DNA from: the human T2T-CHM13v2.0 reference genome, Homo sapiens
NCBI RefSeq assembly: GCF_009914755.1
Contig: NC_060930.1
Length of the DNA stretch: 64,000 nucleotides
Strand: one strand, 5' to 3'
Shown: one piece after another, positions 35,965-50,059 of the stretch
Position numbering within the stretch: the first letter of the stretch is position 1
Layout of the letters: each line of letters starts with the position of its first letter
The notes under the pieces: model-generated
Databases searched by the model: none
Seen by the model: only the letters and a program-made list of their open reading frames with translations
What the model was told of the DNA's origin: nothing
Program-made: the position numbers and the translations under genes

Positions 35965-36960
35965 TTACCATTCATTCCATCAATAAACATTCATTAAGTT
36001 CCTGCATATTTCTTGAAACAGCCAGCACAGCATTGAATACACAAATATCCCTGTTCTCTTGGAGCTTATTATCTGCTAGTAAGAGACGATCAAGCAAAGG
36101 AATAAATGAATAAATGAGGAATACAAGAATGTTAGATACTGAGGAGTGCTGTGAAAAAAAGATGTGAAAGGGAGTGACTAAAGGTTAAAATTAAAAATAA
36201 AATAAAATAACGGTTGCTGAGGGCCTCTCTGAGGAGTTAACAGTTGGTCTGAGACCAGAATGACAGGTAGGAACGTGTTATGGAAAGATTTGGGAGAAGA
36301 GCGTTCAGCATGGTATTGGGCTGGAATGAGCTGGACACATTGAGAATTAAAGGGATGTGTGTGTGTTTGAGGGTCATGATCGCAAGGACTTCTGTTCAGG
36401 ACATCTGGGATGTGAGATGCTGCCAAGGGGAGATACAGCCCAGTGAAGATGTCCTTTGAGCAATATGTGTTGGAATCCTGGTGGGGGGTAGGGGAGAGAA
36501 AGGGGCAGAACCAAATATAAAAATCAGTATGTGGTGCTTATATTTTAGAAGTGTTGGTACCCAAAGTGGCAATGTAACCATAGAAGAGATGGAAACCCGG
36601 GACCAAGTCATGGACATGTAAACCTTTTTAGAGTAAAGCAGAAGAATCTACTAAAGAGACCAAGAAGGAATCCCCAGCAAATTAGGAAGAAAACTGGGAG
36701 AAAATGACCTTGAGAATGAAGGGCTGTTTGATTGTGTTGAGTGCTGCCGAGACGTCTAGTAAAGTGGTCATGGGAAACTTAGCAATATTGGAGTTGCCAT
36801 CATTCTTACAAGAGTGGTCATAGTAGGGTCATGGATGTGGATAGCAATCTGCTTGGACTGGGTGGAGAAGATAAGGTGTGAGAAAAAGGGGAGGCAGCAA
36901 AAGTTAACCATTTCAAGAAGTTTTATTGGGAAAAGGAATAAAGAGATTGAAGCTGGAAGA
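35965..36960 (-). mobile_element. L2 LINE remnant (approximate)
   Basis: cattcattccatcaataaacattcattaag 3' end followed by purine-rich L2-like sequence. Confidence 0.5.
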
Positions 36961-37801
36961 AAATTGGAGGTTAAGGGAGGAATTTTTTGTTTGTTCTTAA
37001 AAAAAGTGTTTTAACAGTATGCTTGTAAGTTAATGGACATAACCAAGTATAGAGGAATCAAGAGAAAGATCGATGATGCCTCAAGGAGAGGTTTAAAATG
37101 CGGAAGCAAATGCCCTGAAAAGTTAAAAGGGATTGGCTTCTAAGATACAAATGACACAGATTTTGATAAGCACAAGGAGTGACTATAAATATGAAGACTG
37201 TTTCTCATTATGGAAATATTTCTGTGTTAAAATCTTGAAAAGCTAAAGTAGGCCAGGTGGAGCCGCATGATTTTGCTGATTTGGTGCCACGTTTCACCTG
37301 CAAAAAGACCACTTTTCTATGGCCCAAGCTAATATACTATGAATATAACTATAATATACATATGTAAAATAGCTCAGAATACACAAATTGAAACAGATGA
37401 TGAGCTTATGTGTGTTTTCCATTTTCTCTTTTGTTAAAATATGTATGGAAAGTTTTAACATAATTTTAGGACAAATATATGGGAAATACTAAATACTTCT
37501 AGAATTGAATGTTGCTTATTTCAGCTTGGCTTTTAGGTTAAGTCATAATGAATGCTGAACAGAACAGGCAAAGACAGAATCAGATCCCTGTGGTTATTCT
37601 AGTTTTATCAGAGCCTTTGTGTTCTCTTCTAAAGGATTAAAGTGTCTGCTACATACTGCAAGATTCATTTCCTTAAGATCTTTGTTTCTTAGTGCCTTTG
37701 ATGTAAAAAATTTAAAATTAAAATGAATCCATGTATTTTATAAGATTTCTCTTTAAAGATGTGTCAGTTGGCTTAAATATTTATATTTTCTTTTGTCACA
37801 G

Positions 37802-37903
37802 GCTTATTTATATTCATCTTCCACTGTGCTATGAAGGAGAATGTTCAGAAACAGTGGCGGCGGCATCTCTGCTGTGGTAGATTTCGGTTAGCAGATAACT
37901 CAG
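37802..37903 (+). CDS. ADGRG6: ADGRG6 coding exon ([34 protein letters not shown]; end of TM7 and helix 8)
   Basis: cacag acceptor, gtaaag donor; 102 nt, phase 1-1; follows a ~17.3-kb intron. Confidence 0.95.
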
Positions 37904-38458
37904 GTAAAGAGTTGTTGATTAAATTTTACATCTACAAGTAGATGGGAAAGTTTGTCATTCAGTCTTTCATTGTCAGAGCAACCCAGTCCCAGTGGTAGCA
38001 AGCTATTGAAGTGGAGCATGTGAAGATGCGTAGTTGGAATCATAGAATATCAGGGCTGGAAGAGATCAGAGAACTTTGAGCCCAACCCTTCTATTCTGCA
38101 GAGGAGAAGCATGAATTCCATACAAGTTAAATGAGTTGCCTGAGGTTTGATGTCTAATTTAATAACCCGTATACCCAGAGGTTCCACTATACCAGACTCA
38201 CCTTTCCACATTTTCTAGATCCGCAATTACATTATTAAGCAAAGAGATTTTTCTCAGTATTAAAAAAAAAAAAAAAACTGAAAAAACCTACTTTGTCTTT
38301 TTTCTTTTCTTTATCTTTCTTTGTTTTTCTTTTTACTGTCAGTGGTTACTTCTCATCTTTGGGATATTGAAAGTGAGATTTTAAATAGTACGTATACAAG
38401 GTCAAAGTAAGAAATTATCAATATCCTCTTATTGTTTACATGTCAGTCTCTTCTCTGA

Positions 38459-38797
<339 letters not shown>

Positions 38798-39371
38798 TGA
38801 AGATTGATAAATCACAGTGCCTAAGAGGGTGCATCTTTTAGATTTATGAAAATAAAAATCCGTTTGAAGACGTTATCCAACACCTTTATGAATATTTTGT
38901 CCTTTTAAAAATTTTGTAACCCAAACTCTAGCTATATAACCATAATAATTCACTCTGTATATTATTGTTACTTCATCATTTGATTCAAAAACTTGGTTAT
39001 CTTTAACAATTATGGTATTTTGTTTAAAAAGTTATATATTTTTAAAATTAAAAATTGAATTACAGATTATTTCAGCATAGTATGATAATTACTGGACAAG
39101 TTGTCTTGGGAACAGGAAGAAACAATATCTAGGATGTACATTTTATTTAAGACTTAATTCCTTAACCATTGCAAATGTTATTGATGACTGCCCTTTAAAT
39201 CACTGATTATATATGAAAGAACATAATATTTAGAAAGTGACACAGGGCTATAAGAAACACTGTCTTTCATAATATCCTGTTTTTTCATGATATTTACAAT
39301 TGCTGCACATTCTGACACTGAACATGTATGTGAAAAATCCTGACGACACCATGGAAATAAAGAATATTTTA

Positions 39372-39525
39372 AGCCAGGTGCTATGACACATGCCTGGAGT
39401 CCCAGCTGCTCTGGAGGCTGAGATGGTGGGATTGCTTGTGCCCTGGAGTTCAGGCTGCAGTGAGAAATGATTGAGCAACTGTACCACAGCCTGGGCAACA
39501 TAGCAAGACCCCATCTCAAAAAAAT
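39372..39525 (+). mobile_element. FAM/FRAM-type Alu monomer
   Basis: Single arm + A-tail, flanked by aatatttt on both sides. Confidence 0.75.
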
Positions 39526-40027
39526 AGTAATATTTTGCAGCACTTGATAGTGAATGATGTGAAAATGTGTAACTTTTTCATGTTTTCAAAGGGAAATAAT
39601 AGAATTGCTACTTTTAAATTAAACCCCTGGCAGACAGCTGTCAACATTTAAAACAGAGCACTTTCCTAATTAAAGATAATTCTAAAAGGATAATGGAAAT
39701 AACTTTTAAATTTTTAATTTGTTTAGCTATTAAACATGAGCAGAGGTGAATGGCACAAAGAAGATTAATACTTGGCTTTTTGCAAATAGGGAGTAAGGTG
39801 TGTGATGTGTCTGTAATTATTCATATTGCAAATACTTGAATTACAGATAACCCTGGTGTACATTTGAATCCATATACATGCCCTGTTTGCACCGTTTTCT
39901 ATGTCTTGCCACTGGGGTGGCCACTGCCTGGGATTCATGATAGTGCTATGGAAAAAGTTTTGAGTGTTTAGACAGTTCTTTAATTCCAAAATTAATTAAA
40001 AATCCAAGAACTTGGAGCAACTTAGAA

Positions 40028-40186
40028 CAGCAGTTCTTAAAGCTTCTTGAAGTCTAGGACATTTTGGGGGGAATTGAATGAAGGCTGTTGATTCTCTTCC
40101 AGAAAAAAAAGGTACAGACTTTGAATCATTTTCACAATTTTGCATAAAATTAGAGAAGTCTGTGCACCTCTGCTTAAGAATACCTG
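40028..40186. mobile_element. MER103-like hAT MITE
   Basis: TIR-like cagcagttcttaa...ttaagaatacctg; internal ctcttccagaaaa...acaattttgcata. Confidence 0.55.
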
Positions 40187-40554
40187 TGTAAATAAATTGA
40201 TAACAGGGGTATAGCCTAAGATAGATTATTCTACTTATTTGGTGGTTCCGTGGCACAAAATATTTTTGCTTATAATGAATTATTTTTTTCACTTTATTTA
40301 ACCAAACTTAAAATTTGATACTCATTTTGCCTCCCCTTCTAAAATACAAATACTTAATGCCTTATCAGTTATTAATGAATAGGAATTAAACCAAATGAAT
40401 TGCTTTCCTCTTAAACAGCTGAAAATAGCTGGCCTGAAGAAATGCCACTCTTAAAAGAGGAAAGAAGATAACAAGGCAGTTAATTTGGAACATGAGGCAT
40501 TTTGGAAATATTAAGGATAGAAAGGGCTATAGGATTCGGGGGAAAACGGACTAG

Positions 40555-40963
<409 letters not shown>

Positions 40964-41275
40964 TTTTGTTTTGTTTTTTAAAGAATGCATTAATGTTCTT
41001 GTTTCCCTTAACAAAAAACCCTTGGGGCTAAATGGGTTCTTGTCAACTAGGATGAGAATATAGTTAGTTATATGGCATTACTTCAATGTTATAATAAATC
41101 CTGGTTTACAGTCAACTGACTTCACATAGGCTTTGGCTACCCAGACAGTTCTCAGTGGAACAGTTAGCATCCTGGGATCACTCAAGGTATGCAAAACGTC
41201 ACTGCATATCATCATGGATATCTAGCTGGTTCATTTCTTGGAATTGATCTAGATATTCATATGTTTATGGTATAG

Positions 41276-41321
41276 ATAATGTCTCCTATGAGCATTCCTT
41301 CAACAAAAGTGGATCACTCAG
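41276..41321 (+). CDS. ADGRG6: ADGRG6 alternative 46-nt cassette exon (DNVSYEHSFNKSGSLR), frame-shifting
   Basis: tatag acceptor, AG|gtaaac donor; phase 1-2; matches the known alpha-isoform C-terminal sequence. Confidence 0.9.
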
Positions 41322-43682
41322 GTAAACTTTCGTTACTTTTTTGAATGCATGAATTTTTTGCAAGGTAATAAGAGAATATGTGCATGGATTAAGCTAAGAT
41401 TCTTGCTGCATCGGCAAAATGGCTTGTTCTTTTCAGCTAGCACAATGACATTCCTGCATTGAGCTGGAATTTCTGAAGTTTTGAATGATAGTGTGTGCTG
41501 TGCTGGCTCTTCTCTGCATGGGGTATCTGCAAGCGGCTCCTTCTAGGAAATGTACCATGGTCTGGAGTGAGTGGAGCACATATTATGTAAAATAATGACA
41601 GAAAGCAGTACTTGAGAAAAGATTTGTTGTAGAAGGACATGAAATGCTTTATTTTTCCACTGCTCATGTGGATTTCTGGGTATGTCATGGTACATTCATA
41701 GAAGTCATGTAAGTGAAATTGTGAATTCCAAGCCTGCTTTGTGAGAATTGTTATCTGCTTGAAATTTCAGCATAGGTCAAATAATAGTTCATATCCCTAG
41801 CCCCTGGTTTTCAGACTTGCAACTATAATCAAAGTCTTTATTACCCATAATGTAATATCTAACCAGAAGACTGGGAATAGCATATATAAAAATACAGCCC
41901 TCATTCAGAATTTTGCTTTGTTAAACTGCAAAGACCCACTAAATTGGATCACATTGTTGAAATGAAGCTTTTCAAAATCTCTAAAAGTACATGCCACTGG
42001 AAGTTACAAAGGAAACAGAGTGACTATATCCTTGATATCTCTCTGAGGATATGTGGTTTTCTAAAAACACCAAGCACTAATTATTCATTATTAATATATA
42101 AGTCAATAGAAAAATCCCCACCAGAAAACCAATGGCTAGTGAATATATGAACTGAAAGGAAGCTCAGAATCAATCAGCTTGCTGAGAGCCTAATGGGGAG
42201 GGGCCTTTTGTCATGACTCCTTGAGCCTTTTCCTTGCCGACATTGGAAAATGCTTCAGTTGTTCCACCATGCTTCAGTTTGCTCGTTCTCTCCATGAACC
42301 ATCTATTCTTCTCTCTAGCATCCTTTAGTGTGGGTTGAGTATCCCATTTCCCTTTTTAGCCCTCATTGTATTTAGTGTCGGCTTCAACACAAGATAATAG
42401 TTGAGCAATTTGAATAGTTTCCAAAGACAACAGATATCATGATGATGATGGCTTTTACCAATTATTGATGGATTTTAAATGTTTTGTCACATACTGAGTC
42501 CAGCATACTCAAAATGTAAAAAGCATTGGAGTGAAGATTCCAATTTTAGAGCCATGATTTCTAAAAATTTTTCAGGATAGAGTTTTTGCCTCTTCCACAA
42601 TGTATGGAGAAGGTACATAGGAAACTGAATACTTTATAAAAGTTCATATCTTCTTTATCAGTGTAAAATTTCTATAATTTGGTTAATTTGAGGGTAGAAT
42701 TTTTTCCTAAAGTGTATTTGGAGAGGGAAGTGCTTAAAAGATATTTGTAGGATACATGAAGACAACCATACGTCTTTATAGATAATAGAGCATAAGTGGG
42801 TTTCAGAACACTATCTGAGCCAATTTTAGAAAGCTTTTGTGTATAGGGAAATAACATTTAAATATATGATACTGAAAATTTTAGAAAAAATTATTTAGCA
42901 GTCCTTTATTACTATCAGTTGCTATAATATTAGTGCTGTTAGCAATAACATCATTCAGAAACTACAAGATAATTAATATAAATAAATCATTTTCTATTAA
43001 AATATTTCTGGTAATAACTTTGATTGCTACAATTAAAAAAATAATTCACAAGAAGTACCCTTTTTGCTATTTTCCAGTTGTTTATCCAGCTAAAAACCTT
43101 GGGAAAATACGTTCAAAGTAGCATTTCATATTTATTTTCATTTGCTTGTATTCTCCAAAATCCTTTAAATTTAATTTTATAAAATTTTTTGTTATGAAAA
43201 GTGTCAAACCTATATAAAAAATAGAGAGGATACTATTATAAAGCCCCTTGTAACCATCAATTTATAGCCAGTTATACACCCCTACCCATTTTTCCCTTCC
43301 TATATTATTTGAAAACATATCTTAGATATAATTTCTTCCACAAATATTTCAGCACATTCTAATTCCTTATAATTTTGTACATCTTTCAAGCCATAGTGCA
43401 TGTTTTTTTGAAGTGGTTTTCCAATTATTTTTTCATTGGCTCTGCTACATTCAAGAATATTTCGTATGGTAAGCCACAGTACAAATTACTAGAAGGGAAG
43501 TTGACACTCAGTGACTATCAGGAGTATACTTAGAAGAAGAAAAACATGGAAGTTTAGTGTTGCCTATTACCTAATATAAGAAAGAATCGGAGCTTTATTT
43601 TCTTTTGTTCTTCTTTAATGTGCAAAACGGAGTATACAATATGGTGGCCTGTAGGCATGCCACCAGCTCATCTTGAACCTAA

Positions 43683-43883
<201 letters not shown>

Positions 43884-46630
43884 TGTCTTTAAGAAAAAGA
43901 AATCAATCTGCAGAAATGTGAAGATTTGCAAGCAGTGTAAACTGCAACTAGTGATGTAAATGTGCTATTACCTAGGTAACTGCATATATATAAGGAATGT
44001 ATTTTGTTAAGAAGGCTTTTGTGAAATTCAGAATTTTTCTTTTTAATATATTTCTTCCATGGAAGAGTTGTCATCACTAAAACTTCAGTACTGAGAGTAA
44101 CATGACTCAGTAGCCACAGAAGCTATGATTTGTAAAATATATAATTGAATCAGAGTAATCATAATGCAGGGGAGACATTCAAATTAGAGACAAGGGAGAA
44201 GCAATGCTGAGGAAGACCCTAGATAGAGCTCATTTTACTCCACCTAATCGTTATATCTGGATATACCCATTTTCTGCATCTTCTTTCTCAACAATAAAAA
44301 ATGTAACTATTTTGAATGCCCACAAATCCCATTCCAGTGTTACTTTCTGTGAATGCAGTACCATATTCTCATTTTCAATGACATTTCAACCACAGGCAGA
44401 AAAGACTGTTTACTCCTTGACCCAAAGATTAAAAAGGATTTTTTATTATTTTAAATATTACACCTTCAGAACCATAACATGCTTAAGAAAACTTTCCCAA
44501 AATGTTGACCTAGTTAAATGAGGCTATATAAATTTCTAATATTTTACTTATTCTATTCAAGGCATAGGGCCAAAGCATTAAGTATAATTTAATCCCATAC
44601 ATTCGAGTTAAGTTTAGTGTTGATGTTCCATCATTCTGGACCTCCCAGGAGTTGTTTAAGAATGAATCTCTTACACCTCTACTTTTGCCCCTCTACTGTA
44701 TATTAAGCCCATAGGCTTGTGGGAGGAAGGAGAATTTCCATTAGGCAAGCTGTATGCAGTGGAATTTTCCTTTTAGGAGACACACAATTAAGACTCTCTG
44801 GTTCTGTCCTTGCTTTGGAGACTTTAAGACATTTCCTAAAGCACAAATAAAAGCCTCGTATTTCCCCATTGAGAGTTTTGTTCCAAGGAATATGAAGTGA
44901 GACATATGGGTGAGTCATAATAATCAAAATAATTTATGAAGAGCTGGGTCTGCAATAGCTAGTCTAAAAACTACTTGTGTGTCAGTCCTCTGGTTATAGT
45001 ATATAAGAGCCTGAGGAGGTCTGGCAAGATAGATGGTGTATTATTTATGGATCAGGCTGCTGCATACAAACCTTGCATACTATTATGCAGCTTACCTAAC
45101 TCTCAGACTATTCTGAGTAATGCTTGCTTGCTAATGAATGTATAGGAGACCACATTGTAATTGTTCTTAGATGATGGAGTCCATGCAGTTTCTTAGAAAT
45201 CGGTCTCAGTGCATGCTGTGCTTTTTCACATTTGCTCTGGGTTATCTGGGAAGTATCAGGTTCTGGGAGGCAACAGCATTAAGTGATAAGAAAAGGAGAC
45301 ATTCTGGCAAAGCCAATCTGCTTAAAGGCAAAGTCCAGAACCTGGAACCTAGAGGCCTTTCTCTCTGCACGAAAAACAGGTAGTTTGCAGTCTGAGATAT
45401 GGGAGAGCTTTTAGGCTACACAGCAACCCAAGGGACCTCTCACCTTTTGCTGAGCTTCAATCAGGAAGCTATTTGCCTGGCTCCAGCAGATGATGAGATA
45501 ATGAGGTAGTGGGTTTTTTATTACTGTTCCATTTTGCAACATCCTGCAACACCATCCTGGGAGACAAGAGCATTACCCAGCTTGGCTTTCACGGGGGAGG
45601 GTTGTATTCAGTAAAAAAGAATAGTAAATATAAGGTCACTGAGATTCTAAGTAAGATAGTAAATCTAAGGTCACTGAGCCAAATCCTTTTCAATAGGCAT
45701 ATATTAACAGGCTGCTTATTTTGGCGGAGGTTACATATGGATGAAAATGAATCTTAGTCACTGAATATTCATATACATTTCCCCCAAAACCTTAGACATT
45801 CATAGTAGATTTTAATTAGTTAGCTTTCTAACTAGTCAGATTTCTGCCCAAAGTGCTTAGTCAATAGTAATTAAGATATAGCTTCAAAAATGGCTTTGCT
45901 TTTGATTTCTACTCATATTCGTATGGCTCCAGAAAAATATTTTTTTCATATTTGACAATGTCAGCTCCACTTTAGAAATTTTCAATAACCAGATGAGAAA
46001 AAAATTAAGAAATTGCTCAAGGGAAACATTTGTAAATGGATTTGAAAGATTGAGCCAAATTCTGTTGTCAGTTCTAAGCATGCAGTTCTCACCTCCATTT
46101 AGTCCCCCATCAGAACAGAGGTCAGGAATTTAGCTGGGGAGCCTAAATTTAGTTCAGCTTACCTTTGAGAATAGCATCAATTCAGACTCTCTTTTCATTA
46201 TGTTTTCTTTTCTTTTTCCCTCTTTTTAAACTACATTGTGTTAGAGTCATAGTCTAGGATCCTGAGAGATTTTCCATTCTTGTCACCATTCACTTGCATT
46301 GTAAAGATTTTCTTTGTCTGTTGTTGGCATAGATTCTTTTGTACATATTTATTTATTTGTGTTTATATATGTCAATTGGTTTCCTTTCTTAGCTTGATAT
46401 TGCCTAGCTTTGTTGTTTTAATTAACTTTCTATTAGAGAGACTGTATATATTTTTTCTAAATACTTTGTGAAATCATTTTTGGTAGCAATATCTTTGAAT
46501 ATGATGAATAAAAGTGACTGTGAGTGCAAATAGAATTAGCAGTAAGAAGCTACTCTAGCTAATTTGCCATTTTACTTAAATGGAAAATGTTTTTCAAATA
46601 AATACTTATGTTGTTCATGTTCCAAGTTAT
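43884..46630 (+). other. ADGRG6: ADGRG6 3'UTR (3' end approximate)
   Basis: Repeat-poor AT-rich sequence after the stop codons; AATAAA at 44293, 44846, 46507, 46597. Confidence 0.75.
46597..46602 (+). terminator. Distal polyadenylation signal AATAAA (second candidate at 46507-46512)
   Basis: AATAAA followed by T/GT-rich sequence; upstream TGTA motifs at 46340 and 46443. Confidence 0.65.
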
Positions 46631-47788
46631 TCAATTCCTTTATGAGTGAATGTTTTTACTTTTGACTCCTAAATAGGAAAAGATTATTTGACAGCTGGAA
46701 AATAACCTGCCACCAATTAAGCGAGTGACATAGGGCTACTTTGCCAAAACACTCAGAATGAGTATGTTACACAGATCCAGTTCACTAAGGATTAATGCAT
46801 TTTGAAGTTCTTAGAATTTGTTGGGATGACTGATGCAAAGCCAAGTTCTACAGCAGATTAAAAATAATACAGGTTTCTTTCGGGGAATGTCTTCAGTATC
46901 CTCAAAAGGGAACTGATTCAGTAACCTGTAGAAGATAGGACCTAGGATATTTTTCTCACATTTATAGTTGCTATTTTCATTGTGAGAGGCTTAGCAAATG
47001 ATACATTTTAGCGAACTTCACTTACTTGATGAGAACAGAACCTCCCCACTTCCTTTTACTGTAGATATTTAGGATAACTTTTTTTCTGCAGTGAGCCAAA
47101 GCCCAATTTTGCTTACTGCCCTACTCAGCAAAGTGTATGCCCAGTGCAAAGTTGTGAGGTGTTTTGACGGTCACTGCTAAACCAGGTCTTCCAAGCCAAT
47201 GTTCACAACTCCTGGCCAAGCCATGTTAAGAAAATAGACAAGCAGCTGCTTAAGGCTCATCTACAGTCATTTACATGCAGGTTACTTCGGAAAGCTGGAG
47301 GGGTAGAATTGGGGAACAAATGAAAAACACGTATTTGATTTGCAGGCTGACCTGTGTTGGTAATATTTTTGAAATCTGGAGGAATTGGTCTGTATAAATT
47401 CAGTGTTTTGGAAGCACTTCTCTGTTTCCAGTTGAATAACATTCCATTTCTCTCATATAAAAACATTAAATAGCTCTCTCCCTCCTCCCCACCAAAATCC
47501 TTCTCCCCTTTCTTCTGTTCTGTCTCCCTTTTTCCTTCCCTCCTTCCATCTTTATTTCAAGGAAGAATAATTAGTGTTAACAGTTCTTTTTTTGCTTCCC
47601 TAGAGAGAAATAAGAATAAACGTGAAATTTTCAAGTGTTTGCATTTATATTCTATATAGCCTGTTCCGCAAAAGAAAAAAAGTAAAAAAAGAAAAAAGGA
47701 TGCTTTGTTACCATAGGCAGCTCCAACCTAAATTGAGTAATCTGAACTATATAGGAAAAAAAAAAACAAAAAAACAAAAACAAACCAT

Positions 47789-48072
47789 GGACAGGCACAG
47801 TGGCTAACGACTGTAATCCCAGCACTTTCGCCAAGGCAGGCAGAGGTCAGGAGTTCGAGACCAGCCTGGGCAACATGGTGAAACCCCATCTCTACTAAAA
47901 ACTCAAACACTAGCCAGGCACGTTGGTGCATGCCTGTAGTCCTAGCTACTCGGGAGGCTGAGACAGTCAGATTGTTTGAACTTGGGAGGCGGAGTTTGCA
48001 GTGAAAGCTAAGATCGGGCCACTGCACTCCAACCTGGGTGACAGAGCAAGACTCCATCTCAAAAAAAACAAA
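47789..48072 (+). mobile_element. Alu (S/J) with small left-arm deletions
   Basis: Dimeric Alu + A-tail. Confidence 0.87.
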
Positions 48073-48149
48073 AATTTATAAATATGTTTGGATGCCAGAT
48101 GTTTATTTCCTATATCATGGAATTTTCAGCACAGTTCTATGACATGTTG

Positions 48150-48265
48150 TTAGTTCACTCTTCCATTTGGGGAAACAGATGATTAAAAACAGTAAGTAAC
48201 CTGCCTGTGGCCACAGAGACGGTAAGAGCGGGACTCAAATCTAAGTCCGTCTGACTCTGTTCATT
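48150..48265 (-). mobile_element. MIR remnant
   Basis: ggaaacaga...aagtaacctgcctgtggccacagag...gggactcaaatctaagtccgtctgactc. Confidence 0.55.
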
Positions 48266-49756
48266 CTTCTACATCAGCTTCCCTAGCCACCTCCTTCAAA
48301 GAACCTACAGCCTGGTGAAGGAAGAGAATCCAAGGCCAGGATAAATGCCCTGATATCCATTTGTCAGAAGCTTCTGGAGCTTCAGGCAAAACCTCTGGGC
48401 TAGCAAACCAGTAGCGATGATTTGGTCTTTCAAGTTCTGGTAGATTCTGATTGGCCTCTCCTGAAGGTAAGGAAAGATTCTAGACAAGGAGATTGGAAAG
48501 TCCAAAGAAATGGGTGGAAAAGAGTTGAGGCTGACTTGATTGCAGGGTGTCGAAAGGGGTTGCAGAGGGATGACAGCCATTGTGTGAATAACCCAAGTGG
48601 CTGGCTAGAGAAGTTTTAGCTTAGCAGCAGGCACAAGAGAGGCATAAAGGCTTCTAGGCAATGAAGGAACCCAATCCTAGTTGGGCTTTAGGGCCATGAC
48701 TGTGCTGGGATCATCAGAATGAAGAGGGGCTGAACTTGGAGAGAACAGTGAGGAGCCCTTTGGAAGAGTCAGCAGAGCAGCAAGGCAAATTGAGGAGTGG
48801 TGTCTGGGGGTCACAGGTCTCAGAAGTGGCAACGCCGTCAGAAGGCTTTCAAAGTAGCAGCCATCCCATGCATTGGTACAGCTACCTTGCCATATTCAGA
48901 ACAGCAGGGAACACCTTGGTTGTATCCAGTTGGCACGGAGTTAGAAGGGCCTTGAAAGAAGCAAGCCTTCAAGAGACAAGCTGCTTATGTCAAAAATGTG
49001 GGAAGGTAGAGAAGAGAAGGTAAGCTGTTTAAAAGAGTATTAACTTAAAGGAAAGTGTCTTATGAAGTTTAATTTGTTCACTTGTTTTATGGAATACAAT
49101 ATTCGAAGGCAAAATGAAAGGCATCAGAAGAGAGTGAATGGTTGGTACAGCAGGCTCCTAGAGGTGAGAGGAGAATGGATGAGAAACAGAAGAGGCCTAT
49201 CTTCTTCTGAGATCAAAAAACAGGCTATTAGATAAGACAAAGGTGCAGGTATTGGAGAAAGCTTGTTGAGTTTCCTAATTTTTGTTCAGTAAAATAATTA
49301 GAGGCTCATTTCACCTGCTGGGTATTGCAAGATAGAAGGTATTAGGATGGGGACCTGAGTAAAAGTTAAAGGATTTGGAACAACCTCCCAGGGAATGCAA
49401 ATCCCTGGCAAAATTACATTAAATAAATAAATAATGTTTGCCCTTAGGGTGGCTTTTAAAAGGATAGTAGCCAAATCATTTTATTAAAATATTTTTATTT
49501 GCTGTGTTTTGAAAAACCAATTTGTTTCAAGGTCATAACTAAACACTTAATATTCTAAAGTCTCAAACCTTATTGGTCAAGGATGTATTTTAATCACTTG
49601 TAAATAAATGGACAATGAATAATTTCAGATACACTGTAAATCTTTTGAATCTTTTAACTTACATATTCTGTTTGACTTGACTTTTTTTCATTCTGAATCA
49701 CTGAAAATGATTTTTATAAATTCAGATGTCAATTAGAATAAAATATTTGATATTCT

Positions 49757-50059
49757 CTTTTTTTTGCTTTTGTTTTGTTTTTGTTTTTTGAGACACAGTC
49801 TCACTCTGTCACCCAGGTTAGAGTCAGGTGGCACAATACAGCTCACTGTAGCCTTGACCTCCCAAACCTCATGTAATCCTCCCGCCTCAGCCTGCTGAGT
49901 ACCTGGGACTACAGGCATGTGGCACCTGTAGTGGAATATTTTGTGTAGAGAGGTCTACAGTGTTGCCTAGGTTGGTCTTGAACTCCTGGGTACAGGCATT
50001 CCTCCCACCTCAGCCCCCCAAAGTTCCGGGATTACAGGTGTGAGCCACCTCACTGGGCC
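49757..50059 (-). mobile_element. AluJ, antisense
   Basis: T-rich tail, gagacacagtctcactctgtcacccagg...gtgagccacc. Confidence 0.85.

Noticed and set aside
36478-36506. G-rich run as a G-quadruplex
   Set aside because: Only three G>=3 tracts, inside an L2 remnant
44204-44521. 105-aa ORF in the 3'UTR, and the 113-aa ORF 43618..43959 in the third frame of the last exon
   Set aside because: No recognisable domain or splice/initiation support; lengths are compatible with chance
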